In this document: piece by piece, positions 39,129 through 47,407 of the stretch
How positions within the stretch are numbered: position 1 is the first letter of the stretch
Layout: the number at the start of each line of letters is the position of its first letter
Notes under the pieces: generated by a model
What the model saw: only the letters and a program-made list of their open reading frames with translations
Database searches by the model: none
Told to the model about the DNA's origin: nothing
Assembly: GCA_021814695.1 (NCBI GenBank)
Contig: JAKAHY010000006.1
Span: forward strand, 49-64,048
Length of the DNA stretch: 64,000 nt
Direction of reading: 5' to 3'
Source: a bacterium
GTDB taxonomy: Bacteria; Patescibacteriota; Minisyncoccia; UBA6257; JAGOQP01
Made by a program: the position numbers and the translations under genes

Positions 39129-39671
39129 ATGCTTGGAGACGTTTCGGATTATAAGAAGAGTCTTTTTATCAACATAGGCGTTACAATAGGCGCGTTTGCC
39201 GTTTTTGTGGCCTTTTTTGTCCTGCTTCGCATGAATATTTCCCATCAAGTTGATGTTGTAACCGATATCAGGTCTAAACGGGCATATGTTGCCCAATCGG
39301 CTGACGACCTGGCGTCTTTGGTGAAGGATGCGCCTATTGCCAGAAACTACACGAGCGAGTTAACGTCTCTGGTTCCCACTCATGACTATCTGATATCTTC
39401 TTTTTCTAAAGACATAAAAGCAATTGCCCAAAAAGACAACGCATCTCTTGCGTTCACGTTCGGGAACGAGAGCCCGGCAAGTGCCGGGAAGCTTGGCTCA
39501 ATTGCGTTCTCCGCTACAATATCCGGGCCCATGAATTCAATTTTGGGATTTATCGGAGAAATAGAAAGCCGTTACTACGCCATCAAAATCACAACAATGG
39601 ACATTAATAGCGCTTCAAGTAATTCGTCCAATATGAGCGCTAACGGGCAAATATTTTTTGAATCGAATTAA
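39129..39671 (+). CDS. Membrane-anchored hypothetical (possibly PilO/PilN-like)
   Basis: N-terminal TM only; weak. Confidence 0.35.
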   Translation: MLGDVSDYKKSLFINIGVTIGAFAVFVAFFVLLRMNISHQVDVVTDIRSKRAYVAQSADDLASLVKDAPIARNYTSELTSLVPTHDYLISSFSKDIKAIAQKDNASLAFTFGNESPASAGKLGSIAFSATISGPMNSILGFIGEIESRYYAIKITTMDINSASSNSSNMSANGQIFFESN

Positions 39672-39674
39672 TCC

Positions 39675-40028
39675 ATGGCAACCAAAATTTCTTTTGATTT
39701 TATAAAAAAGAACAAGCGGGACATATCCTTCTTTGTTGTGGGTATTATTTTATCGGTATGTTTGATCTATCTTTTCATCGACGGAACCTCTTTTTTGGTT
39801 TCTAATGTCGAAACGTCCCTTAATGTCGGAACATCTCCCTATTCTCCGATGAAATTTAATATCAACGGATTAAAATCTCTGGGTATTTATCAGGGACAGC
39901 CGACGAACTCAGAAGTTCCGGCAAACACTTCTACGCCTTTAGAGCCAAGCGGAAGCTCTTCGGGTATAACATCATCGCCGGTTGACTCGGGCGTCATAAC
40001 TCCCGTCATTCCGCCCGTCACCCCATAA
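39675..40028 (+). CDS. Membrane-anchored hypothetical with S/T/P-rich tail
   Basis: ORF. Confidence 0.35.
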   Translation: MATKISFDFIKKNKRDISFFVVGIILSVCLIYLFIDGTSFLVSNVETSLNVGTSPYSPMKFNINGLKSLGIYQGQPTNSEVPANTSTPLEPSGSSSGITSSPVDSGVITPVIPPVTP

Positions 40029-40079
40029 CTTGCGATTTTTTCGTCTCTTATATAGAATATTAAATCGTAATTGCGTCAT

Positions 40080-40151
40080 GGGCGTATAGTTCAGTGGTAG
40101 AACGCTGTCCTGATAAGACAGAGGTCCCAGGTCCGATCCCTGGTGCGCCCA
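40080..40151 (+). tRNA. tRNA-Ile(GAT)
   Basis: Acceptor gggcgta/tgcgccc, anticodon stem ctgtc/gacag, loop ctGATaa. Confidence 0.8.
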
Positions 40152-40227
40152 CAGATCTTTGCGGTCTTTAAAAATTTATAGGCGCGATTGATTCGAGCGC
40201 CGTATCGGTTCGGTTACTTAAGCTTAT

Positions 40228-40301
40228 GGGCGTTTAGCTCAGTTGGTTAGAGCGTCACATTGACATTGTGAAGGTCAGAGGTTCAACTCCTCTAACGCCC
40301 A
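40228..40301 (+). tRNA. tRNA-Val(GAC)
   Basis: Acceptor gggcgtt/aacgccc, anticodon stem tcaca/tgtga, loop ttGACat, T-loop ttcaact. Confidence 0.8.
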
Positions 40302-40323
40302 CAAAATATATTTATCCAAAAAA

Positions 40324-40638
40324 ATGGAGTCAGAAAATTTTTTTGAAAAAAATAATCAGCAAGAAGGGCTCGATAAAAAGAGATCAGACTTGTTAGAAAA
40401 AGCTTCAATATTGGCTGGTCGTTTGGCCGGTCTTAAAGACCCGGTTTTTATTGAAAAATTTATAAAACTCAGGAGTGATTTAGTTGATAAATACGGCAAG
40501 GATGTTTTCTATCGGTGCGAGCTTTATCATAAGTTAAATAACAGCGGGATCAAAGATGGCGAGCAATCTTTTTTCGATTTGCCCGAGAACGAATTTGAGG
40601 CTTTTATTAACGAAAATATTGATATTAAAGAAAAATAA
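40324..40638 (+). CDS. Hypothetical protein
   Basis: ORF. Confidence 0.35.
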   Translation: MESENFFEKNNQQEGLDKKRSDLLEKASILAGRLAGLKDPVFIEKFIKLRSDLVDKYGKDVFYRCELYHKLNNSGIKDGEQSFFDLPENEFEAFINENIDIKEK

Positions 40639-40643
40639 ACCAA

Positions 40644-40973
40644 ATGACATTTGAGGAATATCAGAAAGAATCGAGAAAGACAGCAATATATCCTAATATA
40701 GGAGATAATTTTGTATATCCGACATTAGGATTGTCCGGTGAATCGGGAGAGGTGTCTGAAAAAATAAAAAAAATTATCCGGGATAAGGGCGGAATTGTCG
40801 ATGACGTTACAAAAAAAGAAATTGCCAAAGAATTAGGAGATGTTTTGTGGTACCTGTCTCAAATAGCGTCGGAACTCGGGATTTCTCTGGAGGATGTTGC
40901 CAATGGAAATTTAGAGAAGCTTAAATCAAGATTTGAACGCGATAAAATATCAGGTAGCGGCGATAACAGATAA
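40644..40973 (+). CDS. MazG-like nucleotide pyrophosphohydrolase
   Basis: EVSEKIKK...LGDVLWYLSQIASELGISLEDV EExxE/D motifs. Confidence 0.65.
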   Translation: MTFEEYQKESRKTAIYPNIGDNFVYPTLGLSGESGEVSEKIKKIIRDKGGIVDDVTKKEIAKELGDVLWYLSQIASELGISLEDVANGNLEKLKSRFERDKISGSGDNR

Positions 40974-40975
40974 TT

Positions 40976-41269
40976 ATGGCAGAAATAGGAGAAATTAATT
41001 TTGATCGCCAAAGACGTGAAAGCACCGCGGATCTTGGCGAAATTTGGCATAAAATCTTTGAGCGTAATCCGCTGGCTTTTTATAACAGAGTCCGAGTTTT
41101 TGAGCGGAATTTAAAGCTCAAATTTCCCGATTACGTGGACTATGAAATGTATCATGTGTTAAACGGAACTTCGGTTAGTCCGTCATTTTCTCTCAGAAAG
41201 GAGGACTTTCCCGGAGAATTTTCTGTACGTCGATTTTTGCACGAGGCAGAAAAAGAATTTGGCAAATAA
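40976..41269 (+). CDS. Hypothetical protein
   Basis: ORF. Confidence 0.35.
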   Translation: MAEIGEINFDRQRRESTADLGEIWHKIFERNPLAFYNRVRVFERNLKLKFPDYVDYEMYHVLNGTSVSPSFSLRKEDFPGEFSVRRFLHEAEKEFGK

Positions 41270-41283
41270 ATCTGGCAATAAAA

Positions 41284-41985
41284 ATGAACAATCCGGAAAT
41301 AATACATTCCGACCAGTCATTGGCGGTTATTAACAAACCTGCGGGACTGCTGGTCCATTCCAGTTCTTATCAAAAAACAAAAGAGCCGACTCTTGTCGAC
41401 TGGCTTTTAAAAAAATTTCCTGAGATAAAAAAAGTCGGAGATGAAACCGAGTATCGCCCCGGGATCGTTCATCGGCTTGATAAGGAAACGTCGGGAGTCA
41501 TGCTGGTACCTCTTACGCAGGAAAAATTTTTTTATCTTAAGAAACTGTTTCAGGAAAAAGGAGTCAAAAAAACATATCTGGCGATAGTTCGCGGATGGCT
41601 TAAGGAGCCCAAAGGAATAATAGAAAAAAGTATCGGAATAAAATCGGGAACAACCAAGAGGACGGTTTATTCGTCCAAGATGGTTAAAGAAGCGGTAACC
41701 GAATATGAGCTGGTCAGAAATTTTGAAAATAACGGTGAAAAATTGGCGCTTGTAAAAGTCTATCCGAAAACCGGAAGAACCCATCAAATTCGAGTTCATA
41801 TGGCTTATATTGGCCATCCGGTGATAGGCGATACGCTTTATGGAGGAAAGGAAAATTCTAAACTTGCCCCAAGACAGATGCTTCATTGTTTTTCGCTGGA
41901 GTTTTCCAAGGAATCCGGGCAGAAGGTGAGATACGAAGCGGAACCGCCGGAAGATTTTAAAGCTATTGTTGGCGTAATTTTATAA
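41284..41985 (+). CDS. RluA-family pseudouridine synthase
   Basis: HRLDKETSGVMLV catalytic Asp motif. Confidence 0.8.
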   Translation: MNNPEIIHSDQSLAVINKPAGLLVHSSSYQKTKEPTLVDWLLKKFPEIKKVGDETEYRPGIVHRLDKETSGVMLVPLTQEKFFYLKKLFQEKGVKKTYLAIVRGWLKEPKGIIEKSIGIKSGTTKRTVYSSKMVKEAVTEYELVRNFENNGEKLALVKVYPKTGRTHQIRVHMAYIGHPVIGDTLYGGKENSKLAPRQMLHCFSLEFSKESGQKVRYEAEPPEDFKAIVGVIL

Positions 41986-42042
41986 GATTTTACTTTTAAA
42001 ATTCTTGTGATAAAATAGGCACAAATTATTAAATAATATTTT

Positions 42043-42738
42043 ATGGGGAAAGAAAGACCGGTTGCATCCGATCAGTTGGCGGAATTGGATAAAGTAATAA
42101 AAAAGGTTAAAAGGGAAACTAAGGCTTCCGAAAAAGCGAAAGCCGAAAGAGGTGGCAAACTCAAGACCGAGTCTGTTGCCGAAAAGAAATCGGAAAAAGG
42201 TGCCGATAATAAATTGGGGAGCGAACAAGCAAATAAGGAATTCAAAAATAAACCCAAAGATAAAGAAATCTCAAGCGAGGAAATAAAAAAATCAGAAAAT
42301 GTCAGCCCGGAGATGGAAAAAGACATGAATGATTTGGTCATCGGTGAACAGGAATTGGCTCAACTTAAAAAGGAGTTGGAAGATATAGTCTCCATAAATC
42401 CTGAAGAGATGATGTTTAAAGGGCTTTCGACCGAGAGGGACCGCAGGAATTTGCATGAAAGTATGTCCAAAAAAGCAAGAAAGAGTTTTGATAAAAAAGC
42501 AAAGGAGGTTGAAAAACTTAAAGAGAGAATCAACGCCAGAAAAGAACTTGATGAAAAAAAGGGAAAACTTGAAGAGTATAAAACCGGACTTGAGAGTGCC
42601 AGCATGAGCGCTAAGCCAATGGAGTCCGCTTACTACGAAGACCTTATAGAAAGTACCGGAAGAGACATAAAAAATCTTAATAAAAAAGTAAAAGGGGGTT
42701 TTTGGAAAAAGTTTTATAGCTTTATCAGCGGTAAATAG
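42043..42738 (+). CDS. K/E-rich coiled-coil protein
   Basis: Low-complexity charged heptads. Confidence 0.4.
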   Translation: MGKERPVASDQLAELDKVIKKVKRETKASEKAKAERGGKLKTESVAEKKSEKGADNKLGSEQANKEFKNKPKDKEISSEEIKKSENVSPEMEKDMNDLVIGEQELAQLKKELEDIVSINPEEMMFKGLSTERDRRNLHESMSKKARKSFDKKAKEVEKLKERINARKELDEKKGKLEEYKTGLESASMSAKPMESAYYEDLIESTGRDIKNLNKKVKGGFWKKFYSFISGK

Positions 42739-42742
42739 AGAT

Positions 42743-43039
42743 TTAATCGAAAATCGGCCGGAGTCTTTGACCCCGCACCTTTTCACTGCTTAGGCTGCGC
42801 CTGGTTATTATTTTCAGTTTAGAATAAACACGGCCATAAGATTTTAGATTTCTTTCCCTATCAATAACATCACCTTGTGAGACATAACCTTCTAGATAAA
42901 TAATTAACCATTTATCGCTTATTTTGGCATACATAGGCTTACCGCTGACATATCCTAATATTCCTCTCGAAACATCGTTTGTATAACCAATATGCAACTT
43001 GTCATAGATTTCATTTTTGAGAACATAAACATAATACAT
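42743..43039 (-). CDS. Small GIY-YIG nuclease (copy 1); the ORF reads through the downstream repeat
   Basis: MYYVYVLKNEIYDKLHIGYTNDVSRG...YLEGY GIY-YIG motif. Confidence 0.7.
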   Translation of the reverse strand: MYYVYVLKNEIYDKLHIGYTNDVSRGILGYVSGKPMYAKISDKWLIIYLEGYVSQGDVIDRERNLKSYGRVYSKLKIITRRSLSSEKVRGQRLRPIFD

Positions 43040-43074
43040 ACATAAATAACAAAGCAGTGGAAAGGTGCGGGATT
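42771..43074. mobile_element. GIY-YIG gene bracketed by inverted repeats ccccgcacctttt (42771-42783) and aaaggtgcgggatt (43061-43074)
   Basis: Repeat family read directly; the same repeat pair brackets the second GIY-YIG gene. Confidence 0.5.
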
Positions 43075-43111
43075 GACACAACCACCACTTTTCTAGTAGT
43101 ATCTTTCCATT

Positions 43112-43438
43112 ATGATAGTTAAAGAAATTGCCGAAAAAATAAAACCGGGGGCTTCAATAATAGTGGTTGAGCGCATTAAGGAAAAAGAAAAGGAGCGCCA
43201 GAGCCAATTTAAGGGAGTCGTGCTTTCGGTTAAGCATGGTAGACAGGGCGGGGCCACTTTTACGGTCAGGGCCATTTTGGGAGGAGTTGGGGTGGAAAAA
43301 ATATACCCATTTAATTCACCTAGTATTACTTCGGTTAAGGTTCTCTCAAGCCCCACAAAAGTAAAAAAATCAAAACTATATTTCTTGCGCAATGTGTCCA
43401 AGAAAAAATCTCGCCAGAAAATCGGAGTAACGGCGTAA
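43112..43438 (+). CDS. rplS: 50S ribosomal protein L19
   Basis: FKGVVLSVKHGRQGGATFTVR...GVGVEKIYPFNSP...KLYFLR. Confidence 0.85.
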   Translation: MIVKEIAEKIKPGASIIVVERIKEKEKERQSQFKGVVLSVKHGRQGGATFTVRAILGGVGVEKIYPFNSPSITSVKVLSSPTKVKKSKLYFLRNVSKKKSRQKIGVTA

Positions 43439-43495
43439 GACGCGGATTTATACGCCTGCCTGCCGGCAGGCAGGGATTAAACGGATTTATGCGAA

Positions 43496-43526
43496 TAAAA
43501 AAAGAGGGCACTGCCCTCTTTTTCAT
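43496..43526. terminator. Bidirectional terminator aaaaaaagagggcactgccctctttttcat
   Basis: Stem gagggca/tgccctc flanked by A and T runs. Confidence 0.55.
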
Positions 43527-43530
43527 TTTG

Positions 43531-43616
43531 TGCGCGGGAGAGGACTCGAACCTCCACGGGACGTAATGCCCGCTACCACCTCAAGGTAGTGCGTCTACCA
43601 GTTTCGCCACCCGCGC
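43531..43616 (-). tRNA. tRNA-Leu(GAG)
   Basis: Reverse complement gives acceptor gcgcggg/cccgcgc, anticodon loop ttGAGgt, long variable arm, T-loop ttcgagt. Confidence 0.8.
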
Positions 43617-43905
43617 ATTATTAACCAAATCTTGAGATATTTTGCCTTAATGGCGGCAAATAATCAATAGGAAAGTGATAAAAACGTCAGATTTTAGTAG
43701 CTTGACAGAATTATTATAGTATGCTAATATATGACCATAATCGGAGTGGAGGAGGAATTGTCCAAGTCCACAATCCGATCAGCACATTGACCGAGAGATC
43801 GTCAGCCGGCGAAAGTTGGCAAGCGATTTCTCACTATCACGTCCCGATTGGAGTCGGGACAGCCCTCCTACGTGCGGGAGCACTACGGAGGACAAGGGAG
43901 ACAAC

Positions 43906-44649
43906 ATGGCCAAGAAAGCGACCAAGCAGAACCCCGCAGTCAACCTGAAGGTGTACGTGAAGCTCGACCCCGAGGCGCAGGTGATGTTCAACCACCAGCG
44001 TCGCGACCAGGCCGTCAGCTTCCCCGCCGTGGTGGCGACCGTCGCGACCATGATCAAGGGCGGCAGCGACATCACCGGCGCGCAGGAGGACGACAAGTAC
44101 GTCGTCACCCTGGACGCCGGACAGCTCGCCGAGGTGTTCGCCGAGGCGCGCGAGTACCAGGCGACGCTCCCGGCCACCGTGGAGATCGCCAAGCAGGCGA
44201 TCTCGACCGCCGATCAGGCGATCGAGTTCGCTCGCAAGAACAACAGCGGGCTCGACCTGTCGCAGGCCGAGGCCAAGCTGAGCACGGCGCAGGCCATGCT
44301 CAAGAGGCTGGTGTTCGGCAAGAAGAGCGACGACTTCCGCGAGGTGGTGGAGACGGCGCACGATGCCGCCAACACCGCCAAGCAGGCCGTCGTCGACCTG
44401 CTCAAGGTCAAGGCCGCCGGCCTCGCCAAGGAGACCGACACGCTCGACGAGTTGTCGCTCGTCCTCTCCGACCTCCCCAGCGACCTCGACCAGGCCCGCA
44501 AGGCCTTGGTCGAGTTCGTCAAGACGGCTCGTACGCTCCGCGTCCCGGCCCGCCCGGCCAACACCAACAAGCCGAACGATGGCCACCTGCGCGAGCGCGT
44601 CGGAACCGGCGTGTTCGGCCGCACCGGCGGCTACACCGGCCGCAAGTAG
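43906..44649 (+). CDS. Hypothetical protein, ~65% GC (foreign), good GGAGGA RBS
   Basis: Strong GC3 codon bias in a 40% GC genome; all six frames are open, the other five taken as artefacts. Confidence 0.55.
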   Translation: MAKKATKQNPAVNLKVYVKLDPEAQVMFNHQRRDQAVSFPAVVATVATMIKGGSDITGAQEDDKYVVTLDAGQLAEVFAEAREYQATLPATVEIAKQAISTADQAIEFARKNNSGLDLSQAEAKLSTAQAMLKRLVFGKKSDDFREVVETAHDAANTAKQAVVDLLKVKAAGLAKETDTLDELSLVLSDLPSDLDQARKALVEFVKTARTLRVPARPANTNKPNDGHLRERVGTGVFGRTGGYTGRK

Positions 44650-44694
44650 GCCCTCTCACCCCTGACGAATCTTTCGTCAGGAACTCCAACAACC

Positions 44695-44742
44695 CGAACC
44701 TCAGGCAATCCCGCCTGAGGTTCTTACTTTTTTCCTGGGAGC
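44695..44742 (+). terminator. Rho-independent terminator gaacctcaggcaatcccgcctgaggttcttactttttt
   Basis: 11-bp stem plus T-tract. Confidence 0.6.
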
Positions 44743-44758
44743 ATAGCTCCAATCGCTG

Positions 44759-44775
44759 AAAGGTGCGGGATTTTT
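44759..44775 (+). repeat. Orphan copy of the AAAGGTGCGGGATTTTT repeat
   Basis: Identical to the right-hand repeats at 43061, 45807 and 47431. Confidence 0.6.
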
Positions 44776-44808
44776 ATTAAATACGGATTTATACGGATAC
44801 GAGAGTAT

Positions 44809-44837
44809 TTGACACAACAATGATTTTGGTATATTAT
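44809..44837 (+). promoter_or_regulatory. Sigma70-like promoter TTGACA-17-TATTAT
   Basis: ttgacacaacaatgattttggtatattat, preceded by direct repeat atacggatttatacggatac. Confidence 0.5.
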
Positions 44838-44857
44838 ATAGACAGTATATTCAAATA

Positions 44858-44921
44858 GTAGGAATGAGCTGACTAACCATATGAATCCGTGTTGCAATGT
44901 GAATAGTCAGCTCGTTCCTAC
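44858..44921 (+). promoter_or_regulatory. 18-bp-stem hairpin in the 5'UTR just upstream of the RBS of ORF 44948
   Basis: gtaggaatgagctgacta...tagtcagctcgttcctac. Confidence 0.5.
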
Positions 44922-44947
44922 AAAGAGCAGAAAGAAAGGAGAATGCG

Positions 44948-45718
44948 ATGTACGACGATAGGAGAGAGGTTAAAGACCCGATGTTCCAGTTTTTTCTGGA
45001 ACAGCAGCGCCACCAGGGTGCCGGATTTGGAATTATGTCCGAGATTTGCACCCTTTCCCGGGAACATCACCAGGCGGTTCTCAAACAGGACTGGCCGGGA
45101 GCTGATGAGCTCGAGGACAAGATGCGGGCCAAGTGGATGGCTTTGACCCAGAAGAACATCATGGGCCGGACCCACATCAAGATTGCCGAAATGTCGGCAA
45201 CCGAGATGCTGGAAGCGTTTTTTGTCCGGGAGGTGTTCTGGGAGATTGCTACAAATCGGACATCGAGTTTCAATCCTTCAGATTTCAAGAAGTACGCGGA
45301 GACATGGTCGGAAGCGTTCCAACTTCCGAAAGATTCTCCCATCGATTACCAGTGGATTATCGCCGGCTGGTTGGACGCCGCCAGTGAGATCTACAAGATG
45401 TTGGTGATTCTGATCAACAGCAGGTATTACTCGGATGGAGATAAATTGTCCATCTGGGAGAGCTACTGCGCGCTCCTCTCTGCTGTTCATGAGGCTTTTG
45501 CTCTCTACGAGCTGATCGCCTCCAGCGTCATCGACAACGGGCAGGGACGTGTGCCCTGGCCAATGACGTTTCGCGGCAAGATGCAAAAGCTCCAAAACCA
45601 CATTACCGAAACTCACGAAAGGATTCAGTATTATCGTGAGCGGACCGCGGACAGGGTGGATCGCGAGGTCCTCATGTCCAAGATCGAAGCCGTGATTGGT
45701 CTCCTTTCCCGCAAGTAA
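44948..45718 (+). CDS. Hypothetical protein (~52% GC)
   Basis: ORF with AAAGGAG RBS and downstream terminator ccgggttgcgaaagcaaccca-T7 at 45726-45750. Confidence 0.55.
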   Translation: MYDDRREVKDPMFQFFLEQQRHQGAGFGIMSEICTLSREHHQAVLKQDWPGADELEDKMRAKWMALTQKNIMGRTHIKIAEMSATEMLEAFFVREVFWEIATNRTSSFNPSDFKKYAETWSEAFQLPKDSPIDYQWIIAGWLDAASEIYKMLVILINSRYYSDGDKLSIWESYCALLSAVHEAFALYELIASSVIDNGQGRVPWPMTFRGKMQKLQNHITETHERIQYYRERTADRVDREVLMSKIEAVIGLLSRK

Positions 45719-45752
45719 GCGGGGCCGGGTTGCGAAAGCAACCCATTTTTTT

Positions 45753-45819
45753 ATCCCGCACCTTTAATTTTCAATTAAAACAGGACGAGTAAAACTCGAG
45801 CAAACTAAAGGTGCGGGAT
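45753..45819. mobile_element. Empty inverted-repeat pair atcccgcaccttt...(41 bp)...aaaggtgcgggat (miniature, gene-less element)
   Basis: Same repeats that bracket the GIY-YIG genes, here with a 41-bp spacer. Confidence 0.45.
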
Positions 45820-45860
45820 AATCCTCCGAAGCTTTATGCAAAGGAGGATTCATAGACCGT

Positions 45861-47060
45861 TTGCCTTTAGGTGATATTTTTCATAGAATAAAACTTACCT
45901 ACACCAGCTTTATGAAAAGAGAACACATTGTCGCCAAAGATCCGGACAGCGAAAAACTCCTTTCCGAACTCAAACAAAGGGAAGACACTAACGGGCTAAG
46001 AATGCGTCGGTTGATTGAACTTCCGGATTTATCCAGAAAAGAAAATTCTCCCATAAAATTTATAGTAGACAGGATTTTGGGGATCAAAGATTTTGAAAAT
46101 TTTGATATATTGGAATTTCCCGAAATTGTCAGTGTGCGGGACAATTTTGACTTGCTTAACGCTCCGGCCGACCACCCCAGCCGAAAAGAAACCGATACTT
46201 ATTATGTGGACAAAGACCATGTTTTAAGAACTCAAACGACCGTAATGTGGCCGTATTATCTCCAGCGGCCGGACACTTTGGATAAACTGAATAACGAAGG
46301 AGAGGTCGGCTTATTGAGCTATGGCAAGGTCTATAGAAAGGACGAAATAGACAGGAATCATTTTCCGATATTTCATCAGGTGGACGGACTTTATATTTGT
46401 AAAAAAGAGAAAAAGATTTTGGGAATTCCCGAATTGCAGGAAGTGCTTTCGGCTATTACTAAAGCTATCTACGGAGAATCGGTTGAATATAGATTTTTGG
46501 AAGACACATTTCCTTTCACGGATCCAAGCACTCAGATTGAAATTAAGGTGGGCGATGCATGGCTTGAAGTTGTCGGTGCCGGAGTTGTTCATACTCAAGT
46601 TTTAAAAAATTTGAATATTGACCCGGAAATTTACAACGGGTGGGCATTCGGTTTCGGGTTGGAACGCCTGGCAATGGTGAAAAACGGAATTTCCGATATC
46701 AGAGTTTTCTGGTCCGATGACCCAAGAATTACGAGCCAGTTTAAGGATATAAACAGTCAATATAAAGAAGTCAGCAAATTTCCGATGACTTACCGTGATA
46801 TTTCATTTGTTGTCAATAAAAATATAAGCCTCAACAATTATTACGAGATTGTCAGGGACTGTGCGGGCAACCTGGTTGAGGAAGTAAAGCTTTCGGACCA
46901 GTATGAAGACGTCATAAAATTCGGCGCGGATAAAATCAGTTATACATTCAGGATTGTTTATCGCTCTCCCGAAAGGACATTAACCAATGAAGAAGTTAAT
47001 CAGATTCAGGACAGGATTATTCAAAAAACAGCCCAGGAGTTGAATGCGACAATAAGGTAA
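45861..47060 (+). CDS. Monomeric (mitochondrial-type) phenylalanyl-tRNA synthetase: PheS catalytic core plus C-terminal FDX-ACB anticodon-binding domain
   Basis: Class II motifs (FPFTDPSTQIEI, WLEVVGAGVVHTQVL, GFGLERLAMVKNGISDIR) and C-terminal FPMTYRDISFVV...YTFRIVYRSPERTLTNEEVN resembling the PheT/mito-PheRS C-terminus. Confidence 0.75.
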   Translation: MPLGDIFHRIKLTYTSFMKREHIVAKDPDSEKLLSELKQREDTNGLRMRRLIELPDLSRKENSPIKFIVDRILGIKDFENFDILEFPEIVSVRDNFDLLNAPADHPSRKETDTYYVDKDHVLRTQTTVMWPYYLQRPDTLDKLNNEGEVGLLSYGKVYRKDEIDRNHFPIFHQVDGLYICKKEKKILGIPELQEVLSAITKAIYGESVEYRFLEDTFPFTDPSTQIEIKVGDAWLEVVGAGVVHTQVLKNLNIDPEIYNGWAFGFGLERLAMVKNGISDIRVFWSDDPRITSQFKDINSQYKEVSKFPMTYRDISFVVNKNISLNNYYEIVRDCAGNLVEEVKLSDQYEDVIKFGADKISYTFRIVYRSPERTLTNEEVNQIQDRIIQKTAQELNATIR

Positions 47061-47062
47061 AA

Positions 47063-47136
47063 TACCCGCACCTTTTTAATAGTGGGTCAATCATCAAAAT
47101 TGAAACAATAAGACATCCCACAAGTGCGGGATTTTT
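47063..47136. mobile_element. Second empty inverted-repeat pair tacccgcaccttttt...aagtgcgggattttt
   Basis: Read directly. Confidence 0.4.
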
Positions 47137-47407
47137 GTCCCGCACCTTTCAGCCACTGAAGGCTACGCCAGATCCTTCTTTTTAGATTTGAATAGGTTTT
47201 TCCATACGCCTTAAGTTGCTGCTCTCTATAGGAAGCATCGTATCGTGAGGTGTAGCCTTCAAAATAAACTAGAGACCATACATTGCTTCTTTTGGTGTAT
47301 ATCGATTTACCGCTATTATGTTCCGAAATTCTTTTAACTAAGTTATTTGTGTATCCTATATATACTTTGTTATCCAACTTATTTTTTAGAATATAAACAT
47401 AATACAT
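47087..47407 (-). CDS. Small GIY-YIG nuclease (copy 2, ~45% identical to copy 1)
   Basis: MYYVYILKNKLDNKVYIGYTNNLVKRISEHN...YFEGY. Confidence 0.7.
   Translation of the reverse strand: MYYVYILKNKLDNKVYIGYTNNLVKRISEHNSGKSIYTKRSNVWSLVYFEGYTSRYDASYREQQLKAYGKTYSNLKRRIWRSLQWLKGAGQKSRTCGMSYCFNFDD

Noticed and set aside
42768-42785. C-terminal peptide tails of the two GIY-YIG ORFs reading through the repeat (EKVRG / LKGAG)
   Set aside because: The same DNA motif is translated in different frames in the two copies. It is therefore a DNA-level repeat, not a conserved protein motif. The ORF ends are probably read-through artefacts or fortuitous.
43779-44759. Multiple long ORFs on both strands within the 65% GC segment (e.g. 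43837..44586 -, 43848..44759 +, 44363..44665 +)
   Set aside because: High GC suppresses stop codons in all frames. Only the frame with an RBS, a sensible start and coding-like amino-acid composition (43906-44649 +) is kept.
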